From Heterodontus francisci (taxonomy: Eukaryota): a stretch of 64,000 nt of DNA. Where the stretch lies: assembly GCF_036365525.1 (NCBI RefSeq), contig NC_090376.1, positions 19,834,311 to 19,898,310 of the forward strand. The letters run 5' to 3'. The first letter of the stretch is position 1. Every line of letters begins with the position of its first letter. The position numbers and the translations under genes are program-made. The notes beneath the pieces were generated by a model that was not told where the DNA came from, searched no databases, and saw nothing but the letters and a program-made list of their open reading frames with translations. Below, piece by piece: positions 23,503 to 36,935 of this stretch.

Positions 23503-26500
23503 GGCCTCAATCCAACCTCAATCCGACCTCTGTCGTCCTTCCGCCGTCACTGCTGGGAGCCGGGAAAAAACTTCTACCGTCAGCTGGATGGCGACCACGA
23601 GCGCAGCGTCAGCCTGGAGAACGCCGATATCGAGGACGCCGTGCAGGCTGTGGGCTGGCCCGCTCGCCAGGGTCACGAACCCCGCCGGAGGCCTCCCCCC
23701 TTCCCCCTTCACACCACCTTTCCCCAGCACCCCCTTCCCAGCTCACCCCCACAACCTCCCCCCCACCCCGCATGGAGAGTAAAAGGCATTAAAAGCCCCC
23801 GCCCCTCAAAATTCTTGGTGCAGCGAGTGAGGGGTAGACCTGGCAGGATCGATTTCATCCCAAAAATCCTTCGAAGAAAATATCGTAAATAAACCACGGT
23901 CGTAATTAGACCGGCAAAATTTTGTGTTGAGATTGAAACTACACAAGGCAACCCCAACTTTACAGGGGGACTGCATTGTGTGGGAGCTGATGAAATGATT
24001 TATTACCTGCAACCCCTTCCCCCACCCCCTCCCCCTCTCCACACCCCCTTCCTAGACCCCCTCCCCCTCTCCACACCCCCTTCTCAGCTCCCCCCTCACG
24101 CATCCCCTCCGAGCTCACCCCCCTCGCACCCCCTTCCCCCCATCCCCCTCGCACCCCCTTCCCCCTCGCACCCCCTTCCCAGCTCCCCCCTCGCACCCCC
24201 TTCCCAGCTCCCCCCTCGCACCCCCTTCCCCTGCACCCCCTCCTCCTCTCACCATCTTTCCCTTGCACCCCCTTCCCCTGCACCCCCTCCCCTACCCCCC
24301 TCACAACCCCTTCCCTCCACCCGCACCCATCCCCCTCCCACCCCCTCCCTCCGGCATCCACCTATCCCTGAGCAGGGGCCCTAACAACCCCACTGCCTTG
24401 TGGGCGTCTCTGGAGAGTCCAAGGCTAAGGGAGTAAACCCTAACAGAAAATCCGGAGCGGAACCCCGTAGGCGGTCATGTGTCACCTTTGGCATGTTTCC
24501 AGCAGTTCCTGCAGCCATACCGGTGCCAAACGTCGTGCTCTGCACTCCTTTGGACCCCACCAGGAAGGCCGAGAGGGGGGTTTTGACGCTTGGGCAACTC
24601 ACAACCTCCATACATCCGCCCAGGCATGCGTCATGGAGAGGTCACTTCATAGTTGCCTCACAGCGACCAAAACAACACGGAAGGCAGCAGTTAGGGGTTA
24701 TACGTCCAGCTCAATTGGCGTAGAGATTGGGCACCACGGATTGCCTTTGTCAGTGGGAGAGGTCATCACATCTCACTGGACAGCTACCGCCCGCTTTAAA
24801 CCGGGCAGCCCCCGGTCAGTAAGGTTCTGTCCCGCCACAGTCCACCTGCTTCAATGGGTGCTTGGAGCTCAGGGTCATTGCCCGACAAGTGGACTGTAAC
24901 ACTGCACCAAACAGCACGACAAAAAATGGAAAGAAGGTACCAGCTCTTCGTTTTGCAAGCTAGAACGTCAGAACAATGTGTCCTGGCCTGTCGGAAGACC
25001 TTACACAAATCAACGATTCTCGGAAGACCGCCATCATTAACAACGAGCTCAGTGGACTCAACGTGGACATTGCAGCACTTCAGGAGACATGCCTCCTTGC
25101 GAGCAGATCTCTAAGAGAGCAGGACTACGCCTTCTACTGGCAGGGTAGGGATCCTGAAGAACCAAGACAGCATGGAGTGGGCTTCACCATCAGAAACTCC
25201 TTGCTCAGCATGATAGAGCCACCTTCAAATGGCTCGGAACGCATACTGTCCATCCGACTGCTCACCGTCTCTGGTCCAGTACACCTACTCAGCATCTATG
25301 CTCCAACACTCTGCCCCCCACCTGAAGTTAAAGACCAGTTCCACGAGGAACTCCATTAGTAGCATCCTCAATACCGACCATCTATTCCTGCTGGGGGACT
25401 TTAATGCCAAGGTTGGGGCCGGCCATGACTCATGGCCCTCCTGCCTTGGGCGCTATGGCATTGGAAGGATGAATGAGAATGGACAGAGACTGCTTGAGTT
25501 GTGTACCTATCACAACCTCTGCATCACCAACTCGTTCTTTCACACTAAACCCTGTCACCAGGTTTCTTGGAGGCACCCAAGATCACGTCGCTGGCACCAG
25601 CTGGACCTCATCGTCACAAGGCGAGCCTCTTTAACAGCGTTCAAATCACACACAGCTTCCACAGTGCGGACTGCAACACCGACCACTCCCTGGTGTGCAG
25701 CAAGGTTAGCCTCAAACCAAAGAAGCTGCATCACTCCAAGCAGAAGGGCCGCCTGCGCATCAACACTAGCAGAAGTTCTTACCCACGGCTGTTACATATG
25801 TTTCTAAATTCACTTGAAAAAGCCCTTCAAAACACTCCCACAGGGGATGCAGAGACCAAGTGGGCCCACATCAGAGACGCCATCTATGACTCAGCAATGA
25901 CCACCTATGGCAAACATGTGAAGCAGAATGCAGACTGGTTTCAATCTCACTTTGAAGAGCTGGAACCTGTCATAGCCGCTAAGCGCATTGCACTGTTGAA
26001 CTACAAGAAAGCCCCCAGTGAGTTAACATCCGTAGCATTTAAAGCAGCCAGAAGCGCTGCACAAAGAACAGCCAGGTGGTGCGCAAATGACTACTAGCAA
26101 CACCTATGCAGTCATATTCAGCTGGCCTCCGACACTGGAAACATCAGAGGAATGTATGATGGCATTAAGAGAGCTTTTGGGCCAACCATCAGGAAGATCG
26201 CCCCCCTCAAGTCTAAATCAGGGGACACAATCACTGACCAACACAAGAAAATGTACTGCTGGGTGGAGCACTACCTAGAACTGTACTCCAGGGAAAATAT
26301 TGTCACTGAGACCGCCCTCAATGCAGTCCAGTCTCTGCCAGTCATGGATGAGCTGGACGAACAGCCAACAAAATCGGAACTCAGTGATGCCAATGATTCT
26401 CTAGCCAGTGGAAAAGCCCCTGGGAAGGACGGCATTACCCCTGAAATAATCAAGAGTGCCAACCCTGCTATACTTACAGCACTCTACGAACTGCTTTGCC

Positions 26501-28130
26501 TGTGCTGGGATGAGGGAGCAGTACCACAGGACATGCGCGAAGCCAACATCATCACCCTGTATAAGAACAAGGGTGACCAAGGTGATTGCAACAACTACCG
26601 TGGAATCTCCCTGCTCAGCACAGTGGGGAAAGTCTTCGCTCGAGTCGCTTTAAACAGGCTCCAGAAGCTGGCTGAGCATGTCTACCCTGAGGCACAGTGT
26701 GGATTTTGAGCAGGGAGATCCACCATTGACATGCTGTTCTCCCTTCGCCAGCTACAGCTACAAACAACAGATGCCCTCTACATTGCCTTCATAGATCTCA
26801 CCAAAGCCTTTGACCTTGTCTCTTCAGACTACTAGCAAAGATCGGATGTCCACCAAAGCTACTAAGTATCATCACCTCATTCCATGACAATATGAAAGGC
26901 ACAATTCAGCATAGCGGCGCCTCATCAGACCCCTTTCCTATCCTGAGTGGCGTGAAACAGGGCTGTGTTCTCGCACCTACACTGTTTGGGATCTTCTTCT
27001 CCCTGCTGCTCTCACATGCGTTCAAGTCTTCAGAAGAAGGAATTTTCCTCCACACAAGATCAGATGGCAGGTTGTTCAACCTTGCCTGTCTAAGAGCAAA
27101 GACCAAAGTGCGGAAAGTCTTCATCAGGGAACTCCTCTTTGCTGAAGATGCTGCATTAACATCTCACACTGAAGAGTGCCTGCAGAGACTCATCGACAGG
27201 ACTGCGGCTGCCTGCAACAAATTTGGCCTAACCATCAGCCTCAAGAAAACGCACAGCATGGGACAGGAGGTCAGAAATGCTCCATCCATCAATATCGGCG
27301 ACCACGCTCTGGAAGTGGTTCAAGAGTTCACCTACCTAGGCTCCACTATCACCAGTAACCTGTCTCTCGATGCAGAAATCAACAAGCGCATGGGGAAGGC
27401 GTCCGCTGCTATGTCCAGACTGGCCAAGAGAGTGTGGGAAAATGGCGCACTGACACGGAACACAAAAGTCCGAGTGTATCAAGCCTGTGTCCTCAGTACC
27501 TTGCTCTACGGCAGCGAGGCCTGGATAACGTATGTCAGCCAAGAGCGACGTCTCAATTCATTCCATCTTCGTTGCCTCCGGTGAATCCTTGGCATCAGGT
27601 GGCAGGACCGTATCTCCAACACAGAAGTCCTCGAGGCGGCCAACATCCCCAGCATATACACCCTACTGAGTCAGCGGCAGTTGAGATGGCTTGGCCATGT
27701 GAGCTGCATGGAAGATGGCAGGATCCCCAAGGACACATTGTACAGCGAGCCCGTCACTGGTATCAGACCCACCGGCCGTCCATGTCTCCGCTTTAAAGAC
27801 GTCTGCAAACGCGACATGAAGTTCTGTGACATTGATCACAAGTCGTGGGAGTCAGTTGCCAGTGATCGCCAGAGCTGGCGGGCAGCCAAACAGTGGCTAA
27901 AGTGTGGCGGGTCGAAGAGACTCAGCAGTTGGCAGGAGAAAAGACAGAAGCACAAGGGGAGAGCCAACTGTGTAACAGCCCCGACAACCAATTTTATCTG
28001 CAGCACCTGTGAAAGAGTCTGTCACTCTCGAATTGGCCTTTATAGCCACTCCAGGCGCTGCTTCACAAAATACTGACCACCTCCAGGCGCTTACCCATTG
28101 TCACTCGAGACAAGGAGGCCTAAGAAGAAG
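23503..28130 (+). mobile_element. RTE-clade LINE, near full length (5'UTR from about 24370, degenerate APE-RT ORF), carrying about 870 bp of foreign 5' sequence
   Basis: 19-bp TSD acaatgctatcaaaattga (23484-23502, 28131-28149); endonuclease motifs DIAALQET, IYAPT, LLGDFNAKVG; RT; (gaa)n tail; several stops and frameshifts. Confidence 0.92.
24012..24360. repeat. C-rich degenerate tandem repeat (cacccccttcccc/agctcccccctcg units)
   Basis: Directly visible; minus strand is rich in G-runs. Confidence 0.85.
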
Positions 28131-28907
28131 ACAATGCTATCAAAATTGATCGGAGCTGGAGAGAGACAGAAACAGCCATGTTCATTACCTAGTCCATTAG
28201 GAATTATTCACAGATAGCTAGTGTATCACGACTGACATATGATACAACACTGGTAATAGATGACAGGTTGCTCCAGAAGCAACAAATGTTTGCGTAATGC
28301 AAAGCATTATGTCCCAAAGTAGCTGCCAGTTGCCAACATACATACCCATCTATGCACCAAGTTAAATCCAAGATCAGACGGTTCAGTGGGCTTCCTTCCC
28401 CGAACAATAATTTGTGAAGTTGAGCCTGAAATGGATTACTAGGAGTACCCATGTGAATTTCGCTCCTCAGTCTCCTCACAATCGCTCCCAAGGTGGTTAA
28501 TTGCCAGCTGACTGGGCTGGGACTGCTAACTGAAGCTAATACAAGAGAGAGATGAGACAGCTTAACGAAGTTCATGTGAGCTGTCAAAAAGTATGTTGAT
28601 GACAAATATATAATATTTTTCCATCAAAAAAATCTACATACGGCACAAGTCAAGTTTCATAGCAAAACTATTTGCATAACACAATCTGGTTTGTTTTTTT
28701 CCCTCAATGGCAGTAATTCTAGCAGAAACATTTCATGCCCACTCATATCTACTGATACTGATTCAAGTGGATTTTCCCAGGTCAGCTAATTTAAATATCT
28801 TTGGACAATCTGGGGGATTCCCATCTGCACCAGGGGGTCTCTCCTTTTGAGAGAGTGGGCAAGGAGGCTAGCAAGAACATCACTGCTGCAGGCCACAAGA
28901 GCAGGAT

Positions 28908-29525
28908 TTTTTTCTTTTTCTTTTAAAGGTGACCTTTATACCCCAGGCCCCTTTTATATTTTTTCATAACGAGGGGGCCTTTATTCCTCAGGCCCCCTTT
29001 TTACATAATTTTAAAATAACTTTATTAAAAACAGATAAATAAACAAAAAACTCAAATTAAAATGCCATTCTCTGCGTCGATGATGCACTCCAGTCCCTGC
29101 GGTGCCCACCGGTCGCGGAAGGCTTCAAGCGCGCCGGCGGACACCGCACACTCCCTCTCCAGGGACACCCGGGCGCGAACGTAACCGCGGAAGAGAGGCA
29201 GGCAATCGGGGAGGACGGACCCCCCGACGGCCCGCAGGCTGGACCTGTGAATTGCCACCTTGGCCAGGCCCAGGAGCAGACCGACGAGGAGATCCTCCTC
29301 CCGGCCCACGCCCCTCCGCACCGGGTGCTCAAAGATCAGGAGCGTGGGACTGAAGTGCAGCCAGAAGTTGAGGAGCAGCCCCTTCAAATACTCAAATAGG
29401 GGCTGCAACCTCGCATACTCCGTTTCGATGTGAAACACGGACTCGTCCAGGCCGCAGAAAGTACAGGCGGCCTGGGAGTCCGTGAACCTACTTAAAAGCC
29501 TATTGCATGGGACTGCTCTCTGCAA
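28908..29525 (-). mobile_element. Tx1-clade (L1 group) LINE 3' end
   Basis: ORF 29052-29528 with the C-terminal Zn-knuckle region (CTFCGLDESVFH); poly-A tail (T-run on plus strand); 14-bp TSD cacaagagcaggat (28894-28907, 29526-29539). Confidence 0.85.
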
Positions 29526-29659
29526 CACAAGAGCAGGATGTCGTCATTGCCTCAGCATAGCTGAGAAAGGGCAGTCAGTTGTTTCAGTATGTTCAATTAA
29601 TTGATCCACCTTATGGTTAACTGTACTCGATTTGTGGATTATTTACAATTATTTTTAAT

Positions 29660-29970
29660 AGGCTCCAATTGGAGTATTGCATCCAGTTCTGATCACCACA
29701 CTTTAGGAAGGACGTGAGGGTCCTTGAGAGTGCAGAGGGGATTTACCAGAATGGTTCCAGGGATGGAAGATTTTAGTTACAAAGTTAGGTTGGAAAACCT
29801 CTGGTTGTTCTCTTTAGAGCACAGGAGACTGAGGGGAGACTTAAATAGTGGTATACAAGATTATGACAGGCTCAGATAAGTTGGACAAGGAAAAGTGTTC
29901 TCATTAGCTAATGGTACAAGGACTAGGGACACAGATTGAAGCTTTTGGGCAAGAGGAGCAGGGGAATAGG
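29660..29970 (+). mobile_element. CR1 LINE fragment
   Basis: Similar to 21390-21690 (LEYCIQF...RRLRGDL region). Confidence 0.75.
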
Positions 29971-29984
29971 AAGCCTGTCAACCC

Positions 29985-32203
29985 TGCAAAGTCCTCCTTA
30001 CTAACATCTGGGGGCTTGTGCCGAAGTTGGGAGAGCTGTCCCACAGACTAGTCAAGCAACAGCCTGACATACTCATACTCACGGAATCATACCTGACAAT
30101 GTCCCAGACACCGCCATCACCATCCCCGGGTATGTCCTGTCCCACCGGCAGGACAGACCCAGCAGAGGTGGTGGCACAGTGGTATACAGTAGGGAGGGAG
30201 TTGCCCTGGGAGTCCTCAACATCAACTCCGGTCCCCACGAAGTCTCATGGCATCAGGTCAATCATGGGCAAGGAAACCTCCTGCTGATTACCACCTACCG
30301 CCCTCCCTCAGCTGATGAATCAGTACTCCCCCATGATGATCACCACTTGGAAAAAGCACTGAGGGTGGCAAGGGTGCAGAATGTACTCTGGGTGGGGGAC
30401 TTCAAAGTCCATCACCAAGAGTGCCTCGGTAGCACCACAACTGACCGAGCTGGCCGAGTCCTAAAGGACATAGCTGCTAGACTGGGTCTGCGGCAGGTGG
30501 TGAGGGAACCAACAAGAGGGAAAAACATACTTGACCTCGTCCTCACCAATCTGCCTACCGCAGATGCATCTGTCCATGACAGTTTTGGTAGGAGTGACCA
30601 CCGCACAGTCCTTGTAGAGGCAAAGTCCCGCCTTCACATTGAGAATACCCTCCATCGTGTTGTGTGGCACGACCAGCGTGCTAAATGGGATAGATTTTGA
30701 ACAGATCTTGCAATGGGAAAACTGGGCATCCATGAGGAGCTGTGGGCCATCAGCAGCAGCAGAATTGTACTCAACCACTATCTGTAACCTCATGGCCCGG
30801 CATATCCCCCACTCTACCATTACCATCAAGCTGGGGGACCAACCCTGGTTCAATGAAAAGTGCAGGAGGGCATGCCAGGAGCGGCACCAGACATACCTCA
30901 AAATAAGGTATCAACCTGGTGAAGCTACAACACAGGACTATTTGCATGCCAAACTGTGTAAGCAGCATGCGATAGACAGAGCTAAGCGATCCCATAACCA
31001 ACGGATCAGATCGATGTTCTGCAGTCCTGCCACATCCAGTCATGAATGGTGGTGGATGATTAAACAACTAACAGGAGGAGGCGGCTCCACAAATATCCCC
31101 ATCCTCAATGAAGGGGGAGCCCAGCACATCAGTGCGAAAGATAAGGTTGAAGCATTTGCAAAAACCTTCATCCAGAAGTACCGAGTTGATGATCCATCTC
31201 AGTCTCCTCCTGAAGTCCCCAGCATCACAGATGCCAGACTTCAGCCAATTCAATTCACTCCTCTGATATCAAGAAAAGACTGAAGGCACTGGATACAGCA
31301 AAGACTATGGGCCCTGACAATATTCCAGCAATAGTACTGAAGACCTGTGCTCCAGAACATGCCGCACCCCTAGTCAAGCTGTTCCAGTCCAGCTCCAACA
31401 CTGGCATCTACCCTGCAATGCGGAAAATTGCCCAGGTATGTCCTGTACACAAAAAGCAGGACAAGTCCAACCCAGCCAATGGCCGCCCCATCAGTCTACT
31501 CTCAATCATCAGTAAAGTGATGGAAGGTGTCACCGACAGTGCTATCAAGCAGCACTTGCTTAGCAATAACCTGCTCAGTGACACTCGGTTTGGGTTCTGC
31601 CAGGCTCACTCAGCTCCTGACTTCATTACAGCCTTGGTTTAAACATAGGCAAAACAGCAGATCTCAAGAGGAGAGATGAGAGTTACTGCCCTTGACATCA
31701 AGGCAGTACGGCATCAAGGAACCCTAGCAAACTGAAGTCAATGGGAATCAGGGGGAAAACTCTACGCTGGTTGGAGTCATGCCTAGCGCAAAGGAAGATG
31801 GTTATGGTTGTTGGAGGTCAATCATCTGAGCTCCAGGACATCACTGCAGGAGTTCCTCAGGGTAGTGTCCTAGGCGCAACCATCTTCAGCTGCTTCACCA
31901 ATGACCTTCCTTCAATCATAAGGTCAGAAGTGGGGATGTTTGCTGATGATTGCACAATGTTCAGCACCATTCGTGACTCCTCAGATACTGAAGCAGTCCG
32001 TGTAGAAATGCAGCAAGACCTGGACAATATCCAGGCTTGGGCTGATAAGTGGCAAGTAACATTCACGCCACAAAAGTGCCAGGCAATGACCATCTCCAAC
32101 AAGAGAGAATCTAACCATCTTCTCTTGACATTCAATGGCATTACCATCACTGAATCCCACACTATCAACATCCTAGGGGCTACCATTGACCAGAAACTGA
32201 ACA
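29985..32203 (+). mobile_element. CR1/L2-group LINE ORF2 (APE plus RT), degenerate, 3'-truncated
   Basis: PDILILTESYL, YRPPS, VGDF, LDLVLTN, SDH, RPISLLS, GVPQGSVLG and FADD across frameshifted ORFs. Confidence 0.88.
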
Positions 32204-34954
32204 ACTTCTTCTGCGGCCTCCTTGCAGTGGTCGACCTCTCACATCCATGCCATGGTTTTGCCCACTCATTTAGTCTGTCTATGTCGTTTTGCAACTTCCA
32301 ACTGCCATCTACACAACTTACTGTGCCTCTTAACATAGTGTCACCTGCATTCATGGGAGTACAACTCTATTCCTTCATCCAAGTCATTAATTTATATGGT
32401 GAAAAGCTGAGGTCCCGATTTAAATTCCTGGAAAGCACAACTTACCACTGTCCGGGGGACATTGGACGCAGAGGGCGGAGATCAGAGCCCAGGGAGGAGG
32501 TGCAGTGACCCACATTCTTTAAATGTGAGGTCACGATGAGCATTCAGGAATAGTATATTTCAAAAGCTGGCCTTGTTGGAAGCAGGCAGTCCCAAGGCAT
32601 GATGTTCCTGAGTGCAGGTGGCATCCACAGGGAAATCCAAATTTGGAGTGCAGGCCTCAAAGGGCACGGGCCCCGCACAATTTATTTTGCTTTCCCAAGA
32701 TTGTGAGCAGCGCATTTCCAGCATGCACTTCCTTCCCACCATATTGAGGGCTTACTAGGCCGGTGAGCACCCAAGAAACTGCCGCTGCAGACCATCCATT
32801 TATATCCATAAGGAGCAGTATTGTGGCCTTCAGAATCTGTTCAGCCTATCTATCTATTCACCACCTACTTCACTGTTATCGTCGTCCTTTCAATCCAATT
32901 ATAATAAAGATGTTTTCATTGATTTGTCAAATTGTCTCATAGCATAATTGTGTTCACCTGCCATTCATAAAACCAAACAATTATACAGCAAAGAAGGCAG
33001 CCATTTGGCCCTTCCTGCTTTTGTTGGCTTTCATAGAACAGTCATCCATATAGTCACACTCCACTGCCCTTTCTCCATACCCTTTTAATTATTTTATTTT
33101 TCAACAAGATGGAAAAAGTAGAGGCAGGGATTCTCACCCAAAAGACAATCATTGGAAGGAAGGGTAGGCCGGAGAAAGTATTTGCTCGAATGCCAAGCCA
33201 AAGTGTCAGTACACAATGGAAGTGCGTTTTACAAAATAAATTGTAATCGTTTGTTAATAAAGGTGAATCTAATTGAAACAATGTGTTATAGAATTTTGCA
33301 GATCATTATCTGGGATTCGCTAAAAGACAGTGCGTCTTTAAGGAAAAAGCAAATTGGGTAAGTGATTTAGTTTAAGTCTCTATGATGAAGAGTCACAACC
33401 CTGGCGTTAATATGAAAAACCCTGGCGTTACTAACTGACCTACTTCACCTATCAAACTTTTCAGCTCTTATTTCAGATTCCCAGCATTCAGGAGTATTTT
33501 TCTTTTTTATCATTCCTTATCCCTCATTTTTTGACAATATATCTGAATCTAGTTTTTTTTAACCTCCCGCCAGCCCATCCAAACACATGAACATGTCCAA
33601 AACAAGAGGCCAAACGTCACATAAATCCAACAGGGAATCGAAAAGGGATATCGGGCCGGGCCCTCCCGAGGTCGGGCTGTGTGTCAGCCCTTTCCCGGAG
33701 GAATTTCCACCCACCCACCCCACCACGAACCCCGACAACAGGGGGGGGGGTCTGTAAAATTCTGCCCATAAGTTTGATTAATTAGTAAAAATTCTGAAAT
33801 TGAAAGCTAGTCTCAGTAATGGCGCCCTGAAACTATCAATTATTTTAAAAATCCATCTGGTCGCTTAGGGAAGGAAATCTGCTGTCCTTACCTGGTCTGG
33901 CCTACATGTGACTCCAGACCCACAGCAATGTGGTTGACTCTTAACTGCCCTCTGAAACGGCCTAGCAAGCCACTCAGTTCAAGGGCAATAAGGGATGGGC
34001 AACAAATGCTGGCCTTGCAGTGACGCCCACATCCCATGAAAGAATTAAAAAAATATGAAGATGGGAGGAGGCTCATGTGGAGCATAAACATTGGCATAGA
34101 CTTCAACCTCTTAGAAAACAGCACCAGCAACTCACCAGTTATTTCTTCTGAGGCTGGTAAATAAGATGTTTTTTGAACTGTATGTACCCTCTGTTTTCTG
34201 GAGTGAGATTGCGGTTCCCATCCACAAGACTCAAATACTAAAAATATCAAAAATCAGAATTTACTGGCAGCATGCATCCCCCTTTTCCAGAAATCATGTG
34301 CCTTGCATGCTCACAGGCTTCCTTCAGAAATTTCTAAATTCAGCATCCCAAAAAAATACATCTGTTTTTCAGCACAGCACAGGTTTTAGAAAATTTGGTC
34401 TACCTGCATCCAATGTTAAGGAAACCTTATGTACTTTCACTGTAACTACCTATTTTGGTCTGTCACGCAAGCAAGGGTTTGAGTTACACAGAGAAATAGA
34501 ACAAATCAGGGAATATCATCCTCTAAACATTGGTAACATTTCTGGAAGTCCATATAATAAAAACAGAATTTGACTTATTCAGTCAACATAAAGCAGTGGA
34601 TCTGGTCCTCGCGCTGTATTGCCAGTAATTTTTCCTTATGTTGTCAGCTTTATTTTTAGGGTGTAGTCTCAACTTTTTGTTAATTCTCTCAGTTGTGATG
34701 TTCTTTCCTCCACACTCAGCAATGACCCTTCCTGATTCTAAGTTTCCCAGCTCTCTGCACATTTTTAAAATCCCGTTCATGGGATGTGGATGTCACTGGC
34801 AAGATGGACTGGTGAGCAGCATTCTTGAGCCACTGCAGTCCTTGTGGAGAAGATACTGTAACAGTGCTGTTAGGTAGGGAGTTCCATTTGACATTCAGCA
34901 AAATGTCTATGGCAATTCAAAACTTTGCCACCCCAATTATTTTGTTATCTGAAA

Positions 34955-35230
34955 GGACTTGCATTTATATAGCACCTTTCACAACCTCAGAACGCCCCAA
35001 TGCGCTTTGAAGAGCTTCCCTGACGTTCTTTGAAATAGCACGGTGGGATCTTTTGCGTCCATCTGTGAAGGCAGACAGTGTATCGGTTTAAGGTCTCATA
35101 CGAAAGGCGGCATCTTCAACAAACTTGTGCTTTCTCAGTATGGCCTGGAATGTCAACCTAGAATTTGTGCTCAAGTCTCTACAGCAGGGGCCTGAACCCG
35201 GACCACTCAAAAGGCACGACTGCTGCTACT
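34955..35230 (-). mobile_element. Deu/SacSINE-like SINE, internally deleted
   Basis: gacttgcatttatatagcacctttcacaacctcag tail; body similar to the 12387 copy. Confidence 0.6.
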
Positions 35231-36139
35231 GACCTGCCAAAACTGTAGGTGATTTAAAAAACTGACACTTAAGGTGTCTGAATATTTGCTGCAGCATGTC
35301 AGAAAGCTGAACCAAACAAAGGAGCAACAATACAAATGTAATTTTAAATATTAGCAATTTGACAGGCTGTATGCTACACGACGCCAATATTAAATACCCT
35401 CTCTTAGGCCCCCAGTACAAAGTATCCAGACAGTAACAGGGAGTAGGATGGGTGATAATCGGGAACATGTATTGGCAACTTTTGCAGGGACAGTCCCTGA
35501 CGCTTCCGGTCAACCTAACTAGCTCAAAAATACTCCTGCCTAACGCCTGCTCTTATTGGTTGAAAGGATTTGCCTGCTCATTGTTGTGGCGTAGCCTTGC
35601 GCTCTGATTGCTTCGCCCTCATGTCCATCACACCAGCACGTTAGGCTTCCTCCCCCTTTGCCGTGTCTGGCTCTATTGATCTGACAGTGAGAAGGAATGC
35701 GGCCTTATGTCTGCAAAACAAACACACATATATGCACACACAAGGTGCATTAGGAATGCAAAAAATGTGCCACAATGACAAATGCAATGTTGTACAGGGA
35801 TGGCATTATTGCAATCGCATCACCGTAAAACAAAATAAGTAATTATTACCGTTTGAAAATGCCTCGTCGATTTTTCAATACCCACTTCTTTCTTGCTGCT
35901 GACGGACGGACCGACGCTGCCATCTGATGGGCTTGCACAAAGCAATGAAGGCTTTATTTCTAAATACATTTCCGCAACTCTGTCGCCCTCTGTTGTAAAA
36001 CTTGATCAATGAACTTTAGTGTAGTTACTGTGAGCAATTTTGTTTATTATAAAAACTACCACAAGCCCTAGTCGAAGCAGTCCAATCATTTTAAAAAGAT
36101 GAGAATTAGTTGCTTGCAAAAGAGTATTTCAATTTAAAA

Positions 36140-36350
36140 GACTTGCATTTATATAGCGCCTTTCACAACCTCAAAACATTTTACAACCAATTAAGTACTC
36201 ACATTTCTTGTTTTTATTTCAGATTTCCAGCCTCTGCAGTATTTTGCTTTTATTTAAGTACTGGATAAGTGCAGTCACTGTTGTACTGAACGCAGCAGCC
36301 AATTTGTGCACAGTAAGCTCCCTCAAACAACCATGATACTGATCATCTGT
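36140..36350 (-). mobile_element. Deu/SacSINE-like SINE with a nested 54-bp Penelope-derived tail (36200-36253)
   Basis: Nested piece flanked by the 9-bp repeat ttaagtact (36191-36199, 36254-36262). Confidence 0.65.
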
Positions 36351-36355
36351 TTTGG

Positions 36356-36600
36356 TGAAATAAAACAGAAAGTGCTGGAAATACTCAGCAGGGCTGGCAG
36401 CATCTGTGGAAAGACAAGCAGAGTTAATGTTTCAGGTCTGTGACCTTTCATCAGAACTGGCAAAGGTTAGAAATGTAATAGGCTTTGAGCAAGTGAAAGG
36501 GGGAGGGGGGGAAAGAAGAACGTAAGGGAAGGTGGAAATAGGGCAGAGGGCAGGAGATATTCAATGACAAAGATGTCATCGAACATGGGCAAAGGGAGTT
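36356..36600 (-). mobile_element. Penelope-derived element with hammerhead-like motif (36422-36458)
   Basis: Minus strand reads agtt-ctgatga-a-aggtc-aca-gacct-gaaa-ca-tt-aact; longest copy of the family in this window. Confidence 0.7.
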
Positions 36601-36609
36601 TTTTTTTTA

Positions 36610-36935
36610 AATTCATTCATGGGTTGTGGGCGTCGCTGGCTAGGCCAGCATTTATTACCCATCCCTAATTGCCCTTGAGAAGGTGGTGGTGAGCTGCCTT
36701 CTTGAACCGCTGCAGTCCATGGTGAGGTAGGTACATGCACAGTGCTGTTAGGGAGTTCCAGGATTTTGACCCAGCGACAGTGAAGGAATGGCGATAGAGT
36801 TCCAAGTCAGGATGGTATGTGACTTGGAGGGGAACATTGCAGGTAATGATGTTCCCATGCATTTGCTGCCCTTGTCCTTCTAGTTGGTAGAGGTCACGGG
36901 TTTGGAAGGTGCTGTCTAAGGAGCCTTGGTACGTT
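36610..36935 (-). mobile_element. CR1/L2-group LINE 3' end
   Basis: Same block as 7870-7960; ends in (attc)n on the plus strand. Confidence 0.7.

Noticed and set aside
23960-24384. Pro-rich (+) and Gly-rich (-) ORFs
   Set aside because: Artefacts of the C-rich tandem repeat
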